Under the pieces are notes generated by a model. It did not search any database. It was not told the origin of the DNA and was given only the letters and a program-made list of their open reading frames with translations. From the NCBI GenBank assembly GCA_016720835.1, contig JADKJW010000031.1:310625-374624 (forward strand): 64,000 nucleotides of DNA. Reading direction: 5' to 3'. This DNA comes from Ignavibacteria bacterium. GTDB taxonomy: Bacteria; Bacteroidota; Ignavibacteria; SZUA-365. Every line of letters starts with the position of its first letter. Positions within the stretch are counted from its first letter, which is position 1. Shown piece by piece: positions 50,811 through 60,113 of this stretch. A program made the position numbers and the translations under genes.

Positions 50811-52196
50811 TTACAGGTAGATGTCCTTCTCCCCGCCGTCCACTTTCCGGATCATCTCCTCCGTTTTTTCCCGCGTCTTCTCCGGCATCGCGTCGAGTTC
50901 GGCCTGCATGAGGGCTTTCGCGGCCTCGCGGGTGTCGTCGCCGGCGAAGTCGTTGAGGTATTCCTCGAAGGTCGCGAGCGCGTTGGGCGCGCAGATCTTT
51001 CCGATGTTGCCGGACTTCGCGAGGTCCATGAAACGGTCGCCGGTGCGCCCGCTGCGGTAGCACGCGGTGCAGAAGCTGGGCATGTATCCGAGGGAGACGA
51101 CGTCGCGCACCACTTCGTCCATCGGGCGGTGGTCGCCCAGCTGGAACTGTTCGGAGGTCGCGTGATCGCTCGCCATGTAGCCGCCGGGATCGGTGCGCGA
51201 ACCCGCGGAAATCTGCGAGATGCCGAAGTCGAAGAGTCCGCGCCGCGTGTCGGCGTTCTCGCGCGTCGAGAGGATCATGCCGGTGTAGGGGACCGCGAGA
51301 CGGAGGATGGCGACCACGGTCTGGAAGTCCTCGTCGGCGACGGTCCACGGCGAATTGGTGCTGTCGAGCGGCGCGTTGAGCGCGGGTTCGAGGCGCGGAA
51401 TGGAAATCGTGTGCGGGCCCACGCCGTCGAAATGTTCTTCGAGGTGGAGGATGTGCTGCATCATCGCCATCACCTCGAAGCGATAGTCGTAGAGCCCGAA
51501 GAGGACGCCGATGCCGACGTCGTCGATGCCCGCCTCGATGGCGCGGTCCATCGCCGTCACGCGCCAGTCGTAGTCGCGCTTGCGACCGCTTGGATGCACG
51601 TGGGCGTAGGTCTCGCGATGGTAGGTCTCCTGAAAGCACTGGTAGGTGCCGATGCCGAAGGATTTGAGCGCGCGGAATTCGTCCACGGTCATCGGCGCGG
51701 CGTTGATGTTGGCGCGTCGGATGTTGGCGCCGTTCCAGCGCGCGTCGTAGACGGTGGCGATGGACTGCCCGATGTACTCGAGCGGCGCTTCCTTCGGGTG
51801 CTCGCCGGCGACGAGCAGGAGGCGTTTGTGTCCCTGTTCGAGAAGGAACTCCACCTCGCGCCGGATTTCGTCCTGCGTGAGCGTGGCGCGGACGAGTTCG
51901 TCGTTCTCGCGGCGGAAGGAGCAGTAGAGGCAGTTGTTGACGCAGCGGTTCGTCAGGTACAACGGGGCGAAGAACACGAGGCGGTTGCCGTAGATGCGTT
52001 TCTTTTCGTCGCGCGCGGCGAGGTGGATTTCCTCACGGATGTCCCTCGAGCGGGTGTGGAGGAGCGCGGCCACGTCCTCGAGCGTGAGCCGCTCGCGCGA
52101 GCGGGCCTTTGCGATGGTGTCGCGCTGTCGTCCTTCGTCGGTGAAGCGGGGGTCTGCAAGCAGTGCGGCAATGCGTTCTTCGTCGATGATCGGCAT
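50811..52196 (-). CDS. hydG: [FeFe]-hydrogenase H-cluster maturase HydG (radical SAM tyrosine lyase)
   Basis: Radical SAM motif (CVNNCLYC). It also has the HydG-specific C-terminal CX2CX22C motif (CTACYRSGRTGDRFMDLAKSGNIGKIC), which ThiH lacks. Its position is next to the hydrogenase genes. Confidence 0.8.
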   Translation of the reverse strand: MPIIDEERIAALLADPRFTDEGRQRDTIAKARSRERLTLEDVAALLHTRSRDIREEIHLAARDEKKRIYGNRLVFFAPLYLTNRCVNNCLYCSFRRENDELVRATLTQDEIRREVEFLLEQGHKRLLLVAGEHPKEAPLEYIGQSIATVYDARWNGANIRRANINAAPMTVDEFRALKSFGIGTYQCFQETYHRETYAHVHPSGRKRDYDWRVTAMDRAIEAGIDDVGIGVLFGLYDYRFEVMAMMQHILHLEEHFDGVGPHTISIPRLEPALNAPLDSTNSPWTVADEDFQTVVAILRLAVPYTGMILSTRENADTRRGLFDFGISQISAGSRTDPGGYMASDHATSEQFQLGDHRPMDEVVRDVVSLGYMPSFCTACYRSGRTGDRFMDLAKSGNIGKICAPNALATFEEYLNDFAGDDTREAAKALMQAELDAMPEKTREKTEEMIRKVDGGEKDIYL

Positions 52197-52253
52197 GAAT
52201 GCGGGTGACTGGGGTGTATCCGGGCGGAAGATGGAACCGTCAATGGCAAAACA

Positions 52254-53699
52254 TCAACGGCGCGTGTTCTGTTCCTGCATCTCGACGTGATCGTCCTCGA
52301 GCTCGGTGGCCGTCTCGACGAAGCGCTTCGGCAGGGTGATGAAAAAGGCCGTGCCGGGGCGCTCGGCGCCGTCGCCGAGGCGCGAGGGGGAGTCGACGCT
52401 GATGCTGCCGTGGAACTGGTGGATGATCTGCTTGACGATGGAGAGTCCGAGGCCGGTGCCTTCGGTGGTCTTCTTCTTGGAGACGGTGGTGCGGTAGAAG
52501 TCGTCGAAGATGCGGTTCAGCTCGCCCTTGGGAATGCCGATACCGGTGTCGGCGATTTCGATGCTGATGAGATCGTCGCGTTCCTTCAGGTGCACTTCCA
52601 CGACGCCCTCGGATTCCGTGTACTTGTGCGCGTTCGAGATGAGGTTGCCGAGGGCCAGCTTCAGCAGACGCGGTTCGGCCTCGATATGCAGATCTTCTTC
52701 GGCGTTGGTCCAGGTCGTGAAGCGGATTTTCTTGGCCATGAACATGATGCGCATCTCGTCGTAGATGTCCTCGAGCATCTCGGTCAGGTTGATGTCGGCC
52801 GCCTCGATGCGGTTGGCGAGCTTCACCTGCGAAAGCTGGAGGATGTCGTTGATGAGCGTGATGGCGGAGCTCAGCCGCGCGCGCGAGCGCTCCAGCGGCC
52901 GTTCCATCTCCTCGCTGAGCGCGCCGAAGGACTTGTCGAGCAGCATGTTGATGTAGGTGATCGCCGCGGCGATCGGGGTCTTCAGGTCGTGCACCACCGA
53001 CATGACGTAGCGCGATTTCGTCTTCTCGGCCTCTTCGAGCTGCTTGTAGGCGCGGGTCAGAGAACGCTCGCGCAGGTACAGCTCCTTGGAGATGGAATTC
53101 GCGAGGTAGTTGCTCACGAGCAGGGTGAAGGTGAAGACGAGGAAGAAGACGATGATGTACGGCGCGTTCGTGTAGAGCGGCGCGCCGAGGAACCCCACGA
53201 TCGCGTGATGCGGTATCGTGCCATGGTATTCGAGCAGCACCCCCGTGAGCATCGTGGAGAGCGACACCGCGATCACCACCGACACGACGGCGGACGGCAG
53301 GATCAGGCTCCCGATGATGATGTGGAACAGGAAGAAGAGGAAGAACGGCGACTCGATGCCGCCGGTGAAGTACATGATGCCCATCAGCACGAGCAGATCG
53401 GCGCTGATCTGAATGAGCGCGAAATGCAGGCCGTGGAAGGGCGCGTACGCGGCGGGCACCGCGCCGATGCTCCGGTGCAGCACGACGTTGTACGCGAGGA
53501 TGCACACCGTGATGATCGCGATCGGCAGCGTGTCGACCTGCAGCTGCGGCAGCGCCGCCATGCCGGCGAGGAAGACGGTCAGGGCGAGAACGGCGCCGTA
53601 GCGCAGCGTGATCAGCCAGAGGTTCCGGCGCTTCAGCGCGATCCAGAACTGGTCGAACATGATCCATTGCGGCGTCAGGGCAAGCATGCGTGCGCTCAT
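52254..53699 (-). CDS. Membrane-bound sensor histidine kinase (polytopic N-terminal sensor, HisKA plus HATPase_c)
   Basis: About 6 TM helices, an H-box (VVHDLKTPIAAAITYINML), an N-box (LALGNLISNAHKYT) and a G-box (GTGLGLSIV). Start MSARML; the in-frame ORF extends to 53771. Sits between hndD and hydG. Confidence 0.75.
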   Translation of the reverse strand: MSARMLALTPQWIMFDQFWIALKRRNLWLITLRYGAVLALTVFLAGMAALPQLQVDTLPIAIITVCILAYNVVLHRSIGAVPAAYAPFHGLHFALIQISADLLVLMGIMYFTGGIESPFFLFFLFHIIIGSLILPSAVVSVVIAVSLSTMLTGVLLEYHGTIPHHAIVGFLGAPLYTNAPYIIVFFLVFTFTLLVSNYLANSISKELYLRERSLTRAYKQLEEAEKTKSRYVMSVVHDLKTPIAAAITYINMLLDKSFGALSEEMERPLERSRARLSSAITLINDILQLSQVKLANRIEAADINLTEMLEDIYDEMRIMFMAKKIRFTTWTNAEEDLHIEAEPRLLKLALGNLISNAHKYTESEGVVEVHLKERDDLISIEIADTGIGIPKGELNRIFDDFYRTTVSKKKTTEGTGLGLSIVKQIIHQFHGSISVDSPSRLGDGAERPGTAFFITLPKRFVETATELEDDHVEMQEQNTRR

Positions 53700-53801
53700 G
53701 GGCGTTCCCCGTGTGATTGGGATATTGTTGTTCTGTTTTGTGGGCGAATGAGCCGGAAAAAGGGCACGCACCGCGGTCGCGGCGCGTGCCCTTCGTTTCC
53801 G

Positions 53802-55680
53802 TCAGGCGATGTACTTGCCGCGTTCAACGTAGTGCGTGTGCAGCAGCTTGTGGGACGTGTGCCCGCACGGACCCTCGACGAGGAACTTCTCGTAGATGTA
53901 CTTCACGTGCTCGTTCTCGTGCGACTTGCGCAGCGCGAGACTCGCGTCCTCGGCATAGATCGCCTCGGCGCGCTTCTGACGGATGTCCAGCGAGGTCGGG
54001 ATCGGCTGTCCGCCGCCGCCGATGCAGCCGCCCGGACATCCCATCACCTCGATGAAGTGCACGTCGGCGAGTTCGCCGCGCTTCATGGCTTCCATCACCT
54101 TCTTCGCGTTCGCGGTGCCGTGGGCGATCATGAAGTTGAGGCTGACGCCCTCGAGAAAGCCCCATTCGGGCTTGACGTTCTCGAGTTTCACCGAGGCCTG
54201 CTTGACGCCTTCGAAGCCGCGGCAGGGCATGATGTCGAGGTTCGCGAAGGGGACTTCGCGGCCCGTGACGAGTTCGTACGCCGTGCGCAGCGCGGCTTCC
54301 ATCACGCCGCCCGTGGCGCCGAAGATCAGGCCGGCGCCCGAGGCTTCACCGAAGGGATCGTCGAAGCCGGTTTTTTCGAGCTCCGGCAGGAACAGACCCG
54401 CTTCCTTGATCATCTGCGCCATCTCGCGCGTCGTCAGGCCGAAGTCCACGTCCTTGAAGCCGCTGTCGTCCATTTCGGGACGGTTGCACTCGAACTTCTT
54501 CGCCGAACAGGGCATGACGGCCACCGTGATGATGTCCTTCGGATCGATGCCGCGCTCCTGCGCGTAGAAGGTCTTGATCACCGCGCCGAACATCTGCTGC
54601 GGGGATTTGCAGCTCGACATGTGGCCCAGGTATTCCGGATAGAAGTGCTCGATGTACTTCACCCAGCCGGGCGAACAGGACGTGAACTGCGGGAGCTTCA
54701 CGTCGGGATTCTTGTCGACGAGCGCCGCCTTGAGCCGGAGCAGCAGTTCGGTGCCTTCTTCCATGATGGTGAGATCGGCGGTGAAGTTCGTGTCGAACAC
54801 GCGGTCGAAGCCGATCATGCGCAGCGCGGTGTTCAGCTCGCCCGTCATCGACCGTCCCGGCGCGAGGCCGAATTCCTCGCCGATGGCCGCGCGCGGCGAC
54901 GGCGCGGTCTGAATGACCACGTGCTTCTTCGGGTCGTCGATCGCGGTCCAGATGTCGTCGGACGGATCGTTCGCCTTGAGCGCCGCGGTGGGGCAGCGGT
55001 TGATGCACTGGCCGCAGTTGATGCAGACCACGTCGGCCAGCGGCTTGTCCATGAACGTGGAGATGCGCGTCTTGTCGCCCTTGCCCGACGGCCTCGAGCA
55101 CGCCCACTTCCTGCATGTCGATGCACGTGCGCACGCAGCGCCGGCAGAGGATGCACTTGTCCATGTCGCGGACGACGGAGTAGCTGGACTGGTCCACGCT
55201 GTGCGTGCGCTCGGTCACGTGGCCGAAGCGGTACGAGTCGACGCCGTACTCCTTCGCAAGGGTCTGCAGTTCGCAGTTGCTGTTGCGATGGCAGGAGTAG
55301 CACTCGCCGTAGTGTTCGCTCAGGAGCAGGTCCAGGATATGCCTGCGGGCCTTGCGGACCTTCTCCGACGTCGTGACGATTTTCATCGGGTTGGTGACGG
55401 GATAGGTGCAGGCCGCCTGCAGGGTGCGCATGCCTTCCACTTCCACGACGCACATGCGGCAGACGCCCGCGAGGCAGAGGTCGCTGTGATAACAGAGGGT
55501 GGGGATGTGGATGTTGTGCGTTTTGCAGGCGTCGAGCACGGTGGTCCCGATCGGGACGTGAAATTGCTGCCCGTTGATGGTGAGACTGACGAGCGACCCG
55601 ATCTCTCCGAGGGGGCTCGCCTTCACGGTCAATGGCTGTTGCGCATGCGGAGCGCGTGTGGTGTCTGATGATGGTTGCAT
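53802..55680 (-). CDS. hndD: [FeFe]-hydrogenase catalytic subunit (HndD/HydA-like; N-terminal 2Fe-2S and 4Fe-4S ferredoxin domains plus H-domain), read through one apparent frameshift near 55085
   Basis: N-terminal part (55680 to about 55086): 2Fe-2S (CYHSDLCLAGVCRMC) and a His-ligated cluster (CYSCHRNSNC), ending ...CILCRRCVRTCIDMQEVGVLEAVG. C-terminal part (ORF 53802-55052): MDKPLADVVCINCGQC... with H-cluster motifs (TSCSPGW, MPCSAKKFE, EVMGCPGGCIGGGGQP). Deleting one G from gtcgggcaagggcgacaag restores ...AVGKGDKTRISTFMDKPLADV. The 54346-55052 part of the upstream ORF is an out-of-frame extension. Confidence 0.8.
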
Positions 55681-55692
55681 TGCCGTGTCTGC

Positions 55693-56862
55693 TTATCGTT
55701 GTGAGAAGATTTCGTGCTGGAAATGGGTCAGGATCGAGAGAAACGGCGACGGGCTCGACTGCCCGAGACCGCACTTCGAGGCGACCTGCATGGACTGGCC
55801 GAGTTGCATCAGCTCGTTGAGGTAGCGCATCGAGCATTCGCCCTTCTCGATTTTCTCGACGCCGTCAAGCAGCTTGATGTTGCCGATGCGGCAGGGCGTG
55901 CACTGGCCGCAGGATTCCTCGACGAAGAACTCCATGAAGTTTTTCAGCACGTGAAGCATGTCGCGGCTCTCGTTGAACACGATCACCGATCCGCCCGTGG
56001 AGACGTCCTCGAACGCCACCTTGCGGCCGAATTCGCTCTTCGGGACGCAGGTGCCGGATGCCCCGCCGACCTGCACGGCCTTCGTGTCCTTCGCGCCGAC
56101 CATCTCCAGCAGTTCCGCGATGGACATGCCGAAGGGAATCTCGTAGACGCCCGGTTTTTCGCAGTCGCCCGACACCGACACGAGTTTCGAACCCGCCGAT
56201 TTGTCCGTGCCGATCTGCTTGTACCACTCGGCGCCCTTCGACAGGATCACCGCGACGCTGGCGAACGTCTCGACGTTGTTCACCGTGGTCGGATAGCCCA
56301 TGTATCCCGTGTTGACCGGGAAGGGCGGCCGGTTGCGCGCTTCGCCGCGATGGCCTTCGAGCGACTCGATGAGCGCGGTTTCTTCGCCGCACACGTAGGC
56401 GCCCGACCCGAGGCGGATATGAATGTCGAACGTGAAGTCCTTGCCGCAGACGTTTTCGCCGAGGCGATGATCCGCGCGCATTTTTTCCAGCACGCCCTCG
56501 AGCTTGGCGAGGAGGTAGCGATACTCGCCGCGCAGGTACAGGAAGCCCGTCTGCGCGCCGATCGTGTAGCCCGCGATGGCCATGCCTTCGAACACGAGTT
56601 CCGCGTACTCGTCAAGCAGCACGCGATCCTTGAAGGTGCCCGGCTCGCCCTCGTCGGCGTTGCAGACGACGAACTTTTTGTCCGCCATCGCCGCCGACGC
56701 GAGCATCCACTTGGTGCCCGTCGGGAAGCCCGCGCCGCCGCGGCCCTTGAGGCCCGACTCGCGCACTTCCATGACGATGTCCTGGCGCGTCTTCTTGAGC
56801 GCCTCCGCGAGGCCGTTTCCGTGCATGGCCGTATCAAACAGTACGATGCCTTTTCTTTCCAT
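55693..56862 (-). CDS. hndC: NuoF-like flavoprotein subunit of NAD(P)-dependent [FeFe] hydrogenase (HndC/HydB-like)
   Basis: FMN and NADH site motifs (GRGGAGFPTGTKW, CNADEGEPGTFKDR) and 4Fe-4S motifs (CGQCTPC...C). Strong AGGAGGA RBS. Confidence 0.8.
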   Translation of the reverse strand: MERKGIVLFDTAMHGNGLAEALKKTRQDIVMEVRESGLKGRGGAGFPTGTKWMLASAAMADKKFVVCNADEGEPGTFKDRVLLDEYAELVFEGMAIAGYTIGAQTGFLYLRGEYRYLLAKLEGVLEKMRADHRLGENVCGKDFTFDIHIRLGSGAYVCGEETALIESLEGHRGEARNRPPFPVNTGYMGYPTTVNNVETFASVAVILSKGAEWYKQIGTDKSAGSKLVSVSGDCEKPGVYEIPFGMSIAELLEMVGAKDTKAVQVGGASGTCVPKSEFGRKVAFEDVSTGGSVIVFNESRDMLHVLKNFMEFFVEESCGQCTPCRIGNIKLLDGVEKIEKGECSMRYLNELMQLGQSMQVASKCGLGQSSPSPFLSILTHFQHEIFSQR

Positions 56863-56874
56863 GGCGGTGTCCTC

Positions 56875-57348
56875 CTAGGCCCGGTTCTTGAGAATGTCCG
56901 CGATGCGCTGCGGGGTGAGGTGCGTGAACACCTCGTCGTTGATCAGCATCGCGGGGCCCTGGTCGCACATGCCCATGCAGTTCGCGAACTCGAGCGTGTA
57001 TTTCTTGTCCGTCGTGGTTTCGCCGAAGCGCACGCCGATCTCCCGCTCGAGCGTGCGGATGATCGCGTCCTTCCCCGCGAGATCGCAGGAGATCGTGCGG
57101 CAGAGACGGATGATGTTGCGGCCCTTGGGCTCGGTGCTCAGGAAGGAGTAGAAGGTGATGACGCCGTACACTTCCACGGGGTGGATGTCGAGCAGGCGCG
57201 CGATTTCCTGCTGCCCGAAATCGGAGATGTGGCCGTGCCGGATCTGGACCTGCTGAAGAATGGGCAGGAGCGCCTCGCGCCCGCTGCCGTGAACCGCGAT
57301 CAGCTTCTCGATCTCGGCCGTCAGGGCGTTCTTCTCAGTGACTAGCAT
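56875..57348 (-). CDS. hndA: NuoE-like thioredoxin-fold 2Fe-2S subunit (HndA/HydC-like)
   Basis: 157 aa with the 2Fe-2S cysteine pattern (CRTISCDLAG...CMGMCDQGP). Confidence 0.8.
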   Translation of the reverse strand: MLVTEKNALTAEIEKLIAVHGSGREALLPILQQVQIRHGHISDFGQQEIARLLDIHPVEVYGVITFYSFLSTEPKGRNIIRLCRTISCDLAGKDAIIRTLEREIGVRFGETTTDKKYTLEFANCMGMCDQGPAMLINDEVFTHLTPQRIADILKNRA

Positions 57349-57730
57349 GGGTGCTCCGTTTCGATTGTGCGAGATGAAACTTCACCTTGTCGAGCAAGAT
57401 GGCGGGCGGGACCGGCTTCTCCAGAAATTCCTCGATCGGCACCATTTCGCTTGCGCCGAAATTGAAGCCGATGGCCTTCGACACCGACGTCAGCATGATG
57501 ATGGGAATGGTGAATCCGGATTTGCGAAAACGGTTCGCGAGGTAGAAACCGTCGTCCGGCTCCTGCATCATCACATCGAGAATGATCAGATCGGGATGCT
57601 CGGCGTTGACGAGGGCGATCGCCTCGTCCACCGAGGCCGCCGAGACGACGCTGAATCCGTTCGCTTCGAGCAGCATCGTGTTGGCTTCCACGATATCCGG
57701 ATCATCGTCGATGATTGCGATTTTGTTCAT
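57335..57730 (-). CDS. Single-domain response regulator (CheY-like receiver)
   Basis: Acidic pocket and phosphoacceptor Asp (IIDDDPD...LIILDVMM), and the conserved Lys (EKP). AGGAG RBS. Overlaps the hndA start by 14 nt and is the first gene of the minus-strand operon. Confidence 0.8.
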   Translation of the reverse strand: MNKIAIIDDDPDIVEANTMLLEANGFSVVSAASVDEAIALVNAEHPDLIILDVMMQEPDDGFYLANRFRKSGFTIPIIMLTSVSKAIGFNFGASEMVPIEEFLEKPVPPAILLDKVKFHLAQSKRSTHASH

Positions 57731-58066
57731 CGGTACTCCTGTGGTGTATGGAAGGTGCGTGAGACAGTTCTGGCAGCATGGGCGAAAAACAACGGGGCGT
57801 GTCGGCGGTGTTTCGGAGGAGGTGCTTCATTGTGCAATCGCTAAATTAATCACTATAGACATTGCAAACAAAAAGAAAATCACCCAGGCTCTCTTGATTC
57901 ACCCTATGATATATCCGAATTAAGGGACTTTGTTCGTTTTAATGCGTGAAGAAATTCACCATTTGATCGAAAAATAGGTTGACCTTTTGTCCGAAATTTC
58001 CGACATTTGTTCACGATCGATCGCTGCATCAAGACAGAACTTTAAAAATCAAGCACCTGCGTCATC

Positions 58067-60106
58067 ATGCCTGTCATTTCAACCATACCCGAGCGCTGCA
58101 AGCGGTGTTACTGCTGCGTCAGGGAATGCCCCGCAAAAGCCATACAGATCAGTCACGGCCAGGCCGTCGTCATTGCCGAGCGCTGCATCGGATGCGGCAA
58201 TTGCCTGAAAGTCTGTTCGCAGAACGCGAAGGCCGTTCGCAACGGCATCGGAGGCATCGCCGCGCGGCTCGCGCTGCCGGGCAGCGCCGAGAAGATCGCC
58301 TGCATCGCGCCGTCCTTCCCGGCCGCGTTTCCGGACGTGGCGCCCCTGCGCGTCGTCGGCGCGCTGCGCGCACTCGGGTTCACCAAGGTCCTCGAGGTCG
58401 GCTTCGGCGCGGATCTGGTCAGCGCGGAGTACCGGCGCTATGTGGACCAGGCGGAAGGCACCGTCATCACCACGCCGTGCCCTTCCGTCGTGGAACTGAT
58501 CGAGAAATACTACCCCGAACTGATTCCGAACCTCGCGCCGATCGTCTCGCCGATGATCGCCTGCGGCAAGGTGGCGCGCGAGCGCTACGGCGCGGGCGCC
58601 TTCGTCGTCTTCATCGGCCCCTGCATCGCGAAGAAGCTCGAGATCGCCGATCCGGAATGCGACGGCGTGATCAACGAGGCGCTGACCTTCGACGAGACCG
58701 CCAAACTTCTCGCGAACGCCGGCGTCGACGTGCACACGCAACCGGAGCGCGAGTTCGACCAGCCGCGCGCGAATCTCGGGCAGATCTACCCGCTCTCCGG
58801 CGGATTGCTCAAGAGCGCGGGCATCGGCGCGGACGTGATGGACGCGGAGGTGATCGTCGTCGAAGGCCGCGAACACTGCCTCAACATCATCAACGAGATC
58901 GCCTCCGGGAAGGTCGGCACCAAGCTCATCGACATCCTCTTCTGCGAGGGCTGCGTCAACGGTCCCGGCATGCACAGCAGCCTGAACTACTTCGAGAAGC
59001 GCGAGCGCATCATCGGCTTCGTGAAGGAACGCACCGCCACGCTCAACGCCGCCATCTGGAAGAACTCGATGACGAACTACGCGGGCATCAGCCTCGCGCG
59101 CGGCTTCCGCAACTGCCGCATCGAGGAACGCGCGGTGCCGGACGCGGAGATCGACGCCATCCTCACCGCCGGCGGAAAGGCGCGCGTCGAGAACCGCCTC
59201 AATTGCGGCGCCTGCGGCTATCCCGACTGCCGGCAGATGGCGGTGGCCATCGCCCTCGGCCTCGCCGAACAGGAAATGTGCCTGCCCTATACGATCGACA
59301 ACCTCGAGCGCTCGCACCGCGAACTGGCCCAGGCCCAGGAGCAGCTCATCCACACCGAGAAGCTCGCCTCCGTCGGACAGCTCGCCGCGGGCGTCGCGCA
59401 CGAAATCAACAACCCGCTCGGCACCATTCTCCTCTACTCCCATCTGCTGCTCAAGCAACTGCAGGACGCGGAGCCGGCCCGCAAGGACATCCAGTTCATC
59501 GTCCAGGAAGCGAACCGCTGCAAGACCATCGTCTCGAGCCTCCTCAACTTCGCGCGACAGGGGAAGCTCGCCGTCGCGGAGACGACGGTCGGCGATCTCG
59601 TCGCGTCCATCGTCGCCATGATCGCGCATCGCGAGGAGTTCGGCGCCATCCGCATCGGCACCACCATCGCGCCCGATCTCCCGCCGCTGCACGTGGACGT
59701 GGACCAGATGAAACAGGTGCTCCTCAACATCGCGATCAACGCCTGCGAGGCCATGCCCGCGGGCGGGACGCTCGATTTCACCGCCGGGAAAGGCGAGAGG
59801 GACGAGATCGTGTTCACCATCGAGGACAGCGGCGGCGGCATCCCGAAGGAGAACATGTCCAAGCTCTTCACGCCGTTCTTCACGACGAAGCAGATCGGCA
59901 AGGGCACGGGACTCGGCCTCCCCATCGCCTACGGCATCGTCAAGATGCACCATGGCAGCATCACGGTGCGCAGCGACGCCGGGAAGGGCACCGCCTTCCG
60001 CATCGCCATCCCGTCCGATGTCCGCGACCTCCATTCCGGCCCGATGACGCCGCTCGAATTCGCGTCCACCCTCGACGCGTCCGCGTCGTCTTCACTGCAG
60101 CAGTGA
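58067..60106 (+). CDS. Sensory [FeFe]-hydrogenase-like protein (HydS-type H-domain with accessory 4Fe-4S clusters) fused to a HisKA/HATPase_c histidine-kinase transmitter
   Basis: Two N-terminal ferredoxin motifs (CKRCYCCVRECP; CIGCGNCLKVCS). H-cluster motifs with the ligating Cys retained but the proton-relay Cys replaced (TTPCPS instead of TSCCP; GPCIAKKLE; FCEGCVNGPG). A HydS-like CX2CX4CX16C motif (CGACGYPDCRQMAVAIALGLAEQEMC). No PAS domain. An H-box (GVAHEINNPLGTILLYSHLL), an N-box (LLNIAINACEAM) and G-boxes (DSGGGIP, GKGTGLGLPI). Confidence 0.8.
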   Translation: MPVISTIPERCKRCYCCVRECPAKAIQISHGQAVVIAERCIGCGNCLKVCSQNAKAVRNGIGGIAARLALPGSAEKIACIAPSFPAAFPDVAPLRVVGALRALGFTKVLEVGFGADLVSAEYRRYVDQAEGTVITTPCPSVVELIEKYYPELIPNLAPIVSPMIACGKVARERYGAGAFVVFIGPCIAKKLEIADPECDGVINEALTFDETAKLLANAGVDVHTQPEREFDQPRANLGQIYPLSGGLLKSAGIGADVMDAEVIVVEGREHCLNIINEIASGKVGTKLIDILFCEGCVNGPGMHSSLNYFEKRERIIGFVKERTATLNAAIWKNSMTNYAGISLARGFRNCRIEERAVPDAEIDAILTAGGKARVENRLNCGACGYPDCRQMAVAIALGLAEQEMCLPYTIDNLERSHRELAQAQEQLIHTEKLASVGQLAAGVAHEINNPLGTILLYSHLLLKQLQDAEPARKDIQFIVQEANRCKTIVSSLLNFARQGKLAVAETTVGDLVASIVAMIAHREEFGAIRIGTTIAPDLPPLHVDVDQMKQVLLNIAINACEAMPAGGTLDFTAGKGERDEIVFTIEDSGGGIPKENMSKLFTPFFTTKQIGKGTGLGLPIAYGIVKMHHGSITVRSDAGKGTAFRIAIPSDVRDLHSGPMTPLEFASTLDASASSSLQQ

Positions 60107-60113
60107 GCACGCC

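Noticed and set aside
54346-55052. Lower part of ORF 54346-55680 as a separate gene overlapping hndD
   Set aside because: It is an out-of-frame run-on after the frameshift near 55085. The translated sequence after ...LEAVG (QGRQDAHLHVHGQAAGRRG...) has no hydrogenase similarity, while the other frame carries the canonical H-domain.
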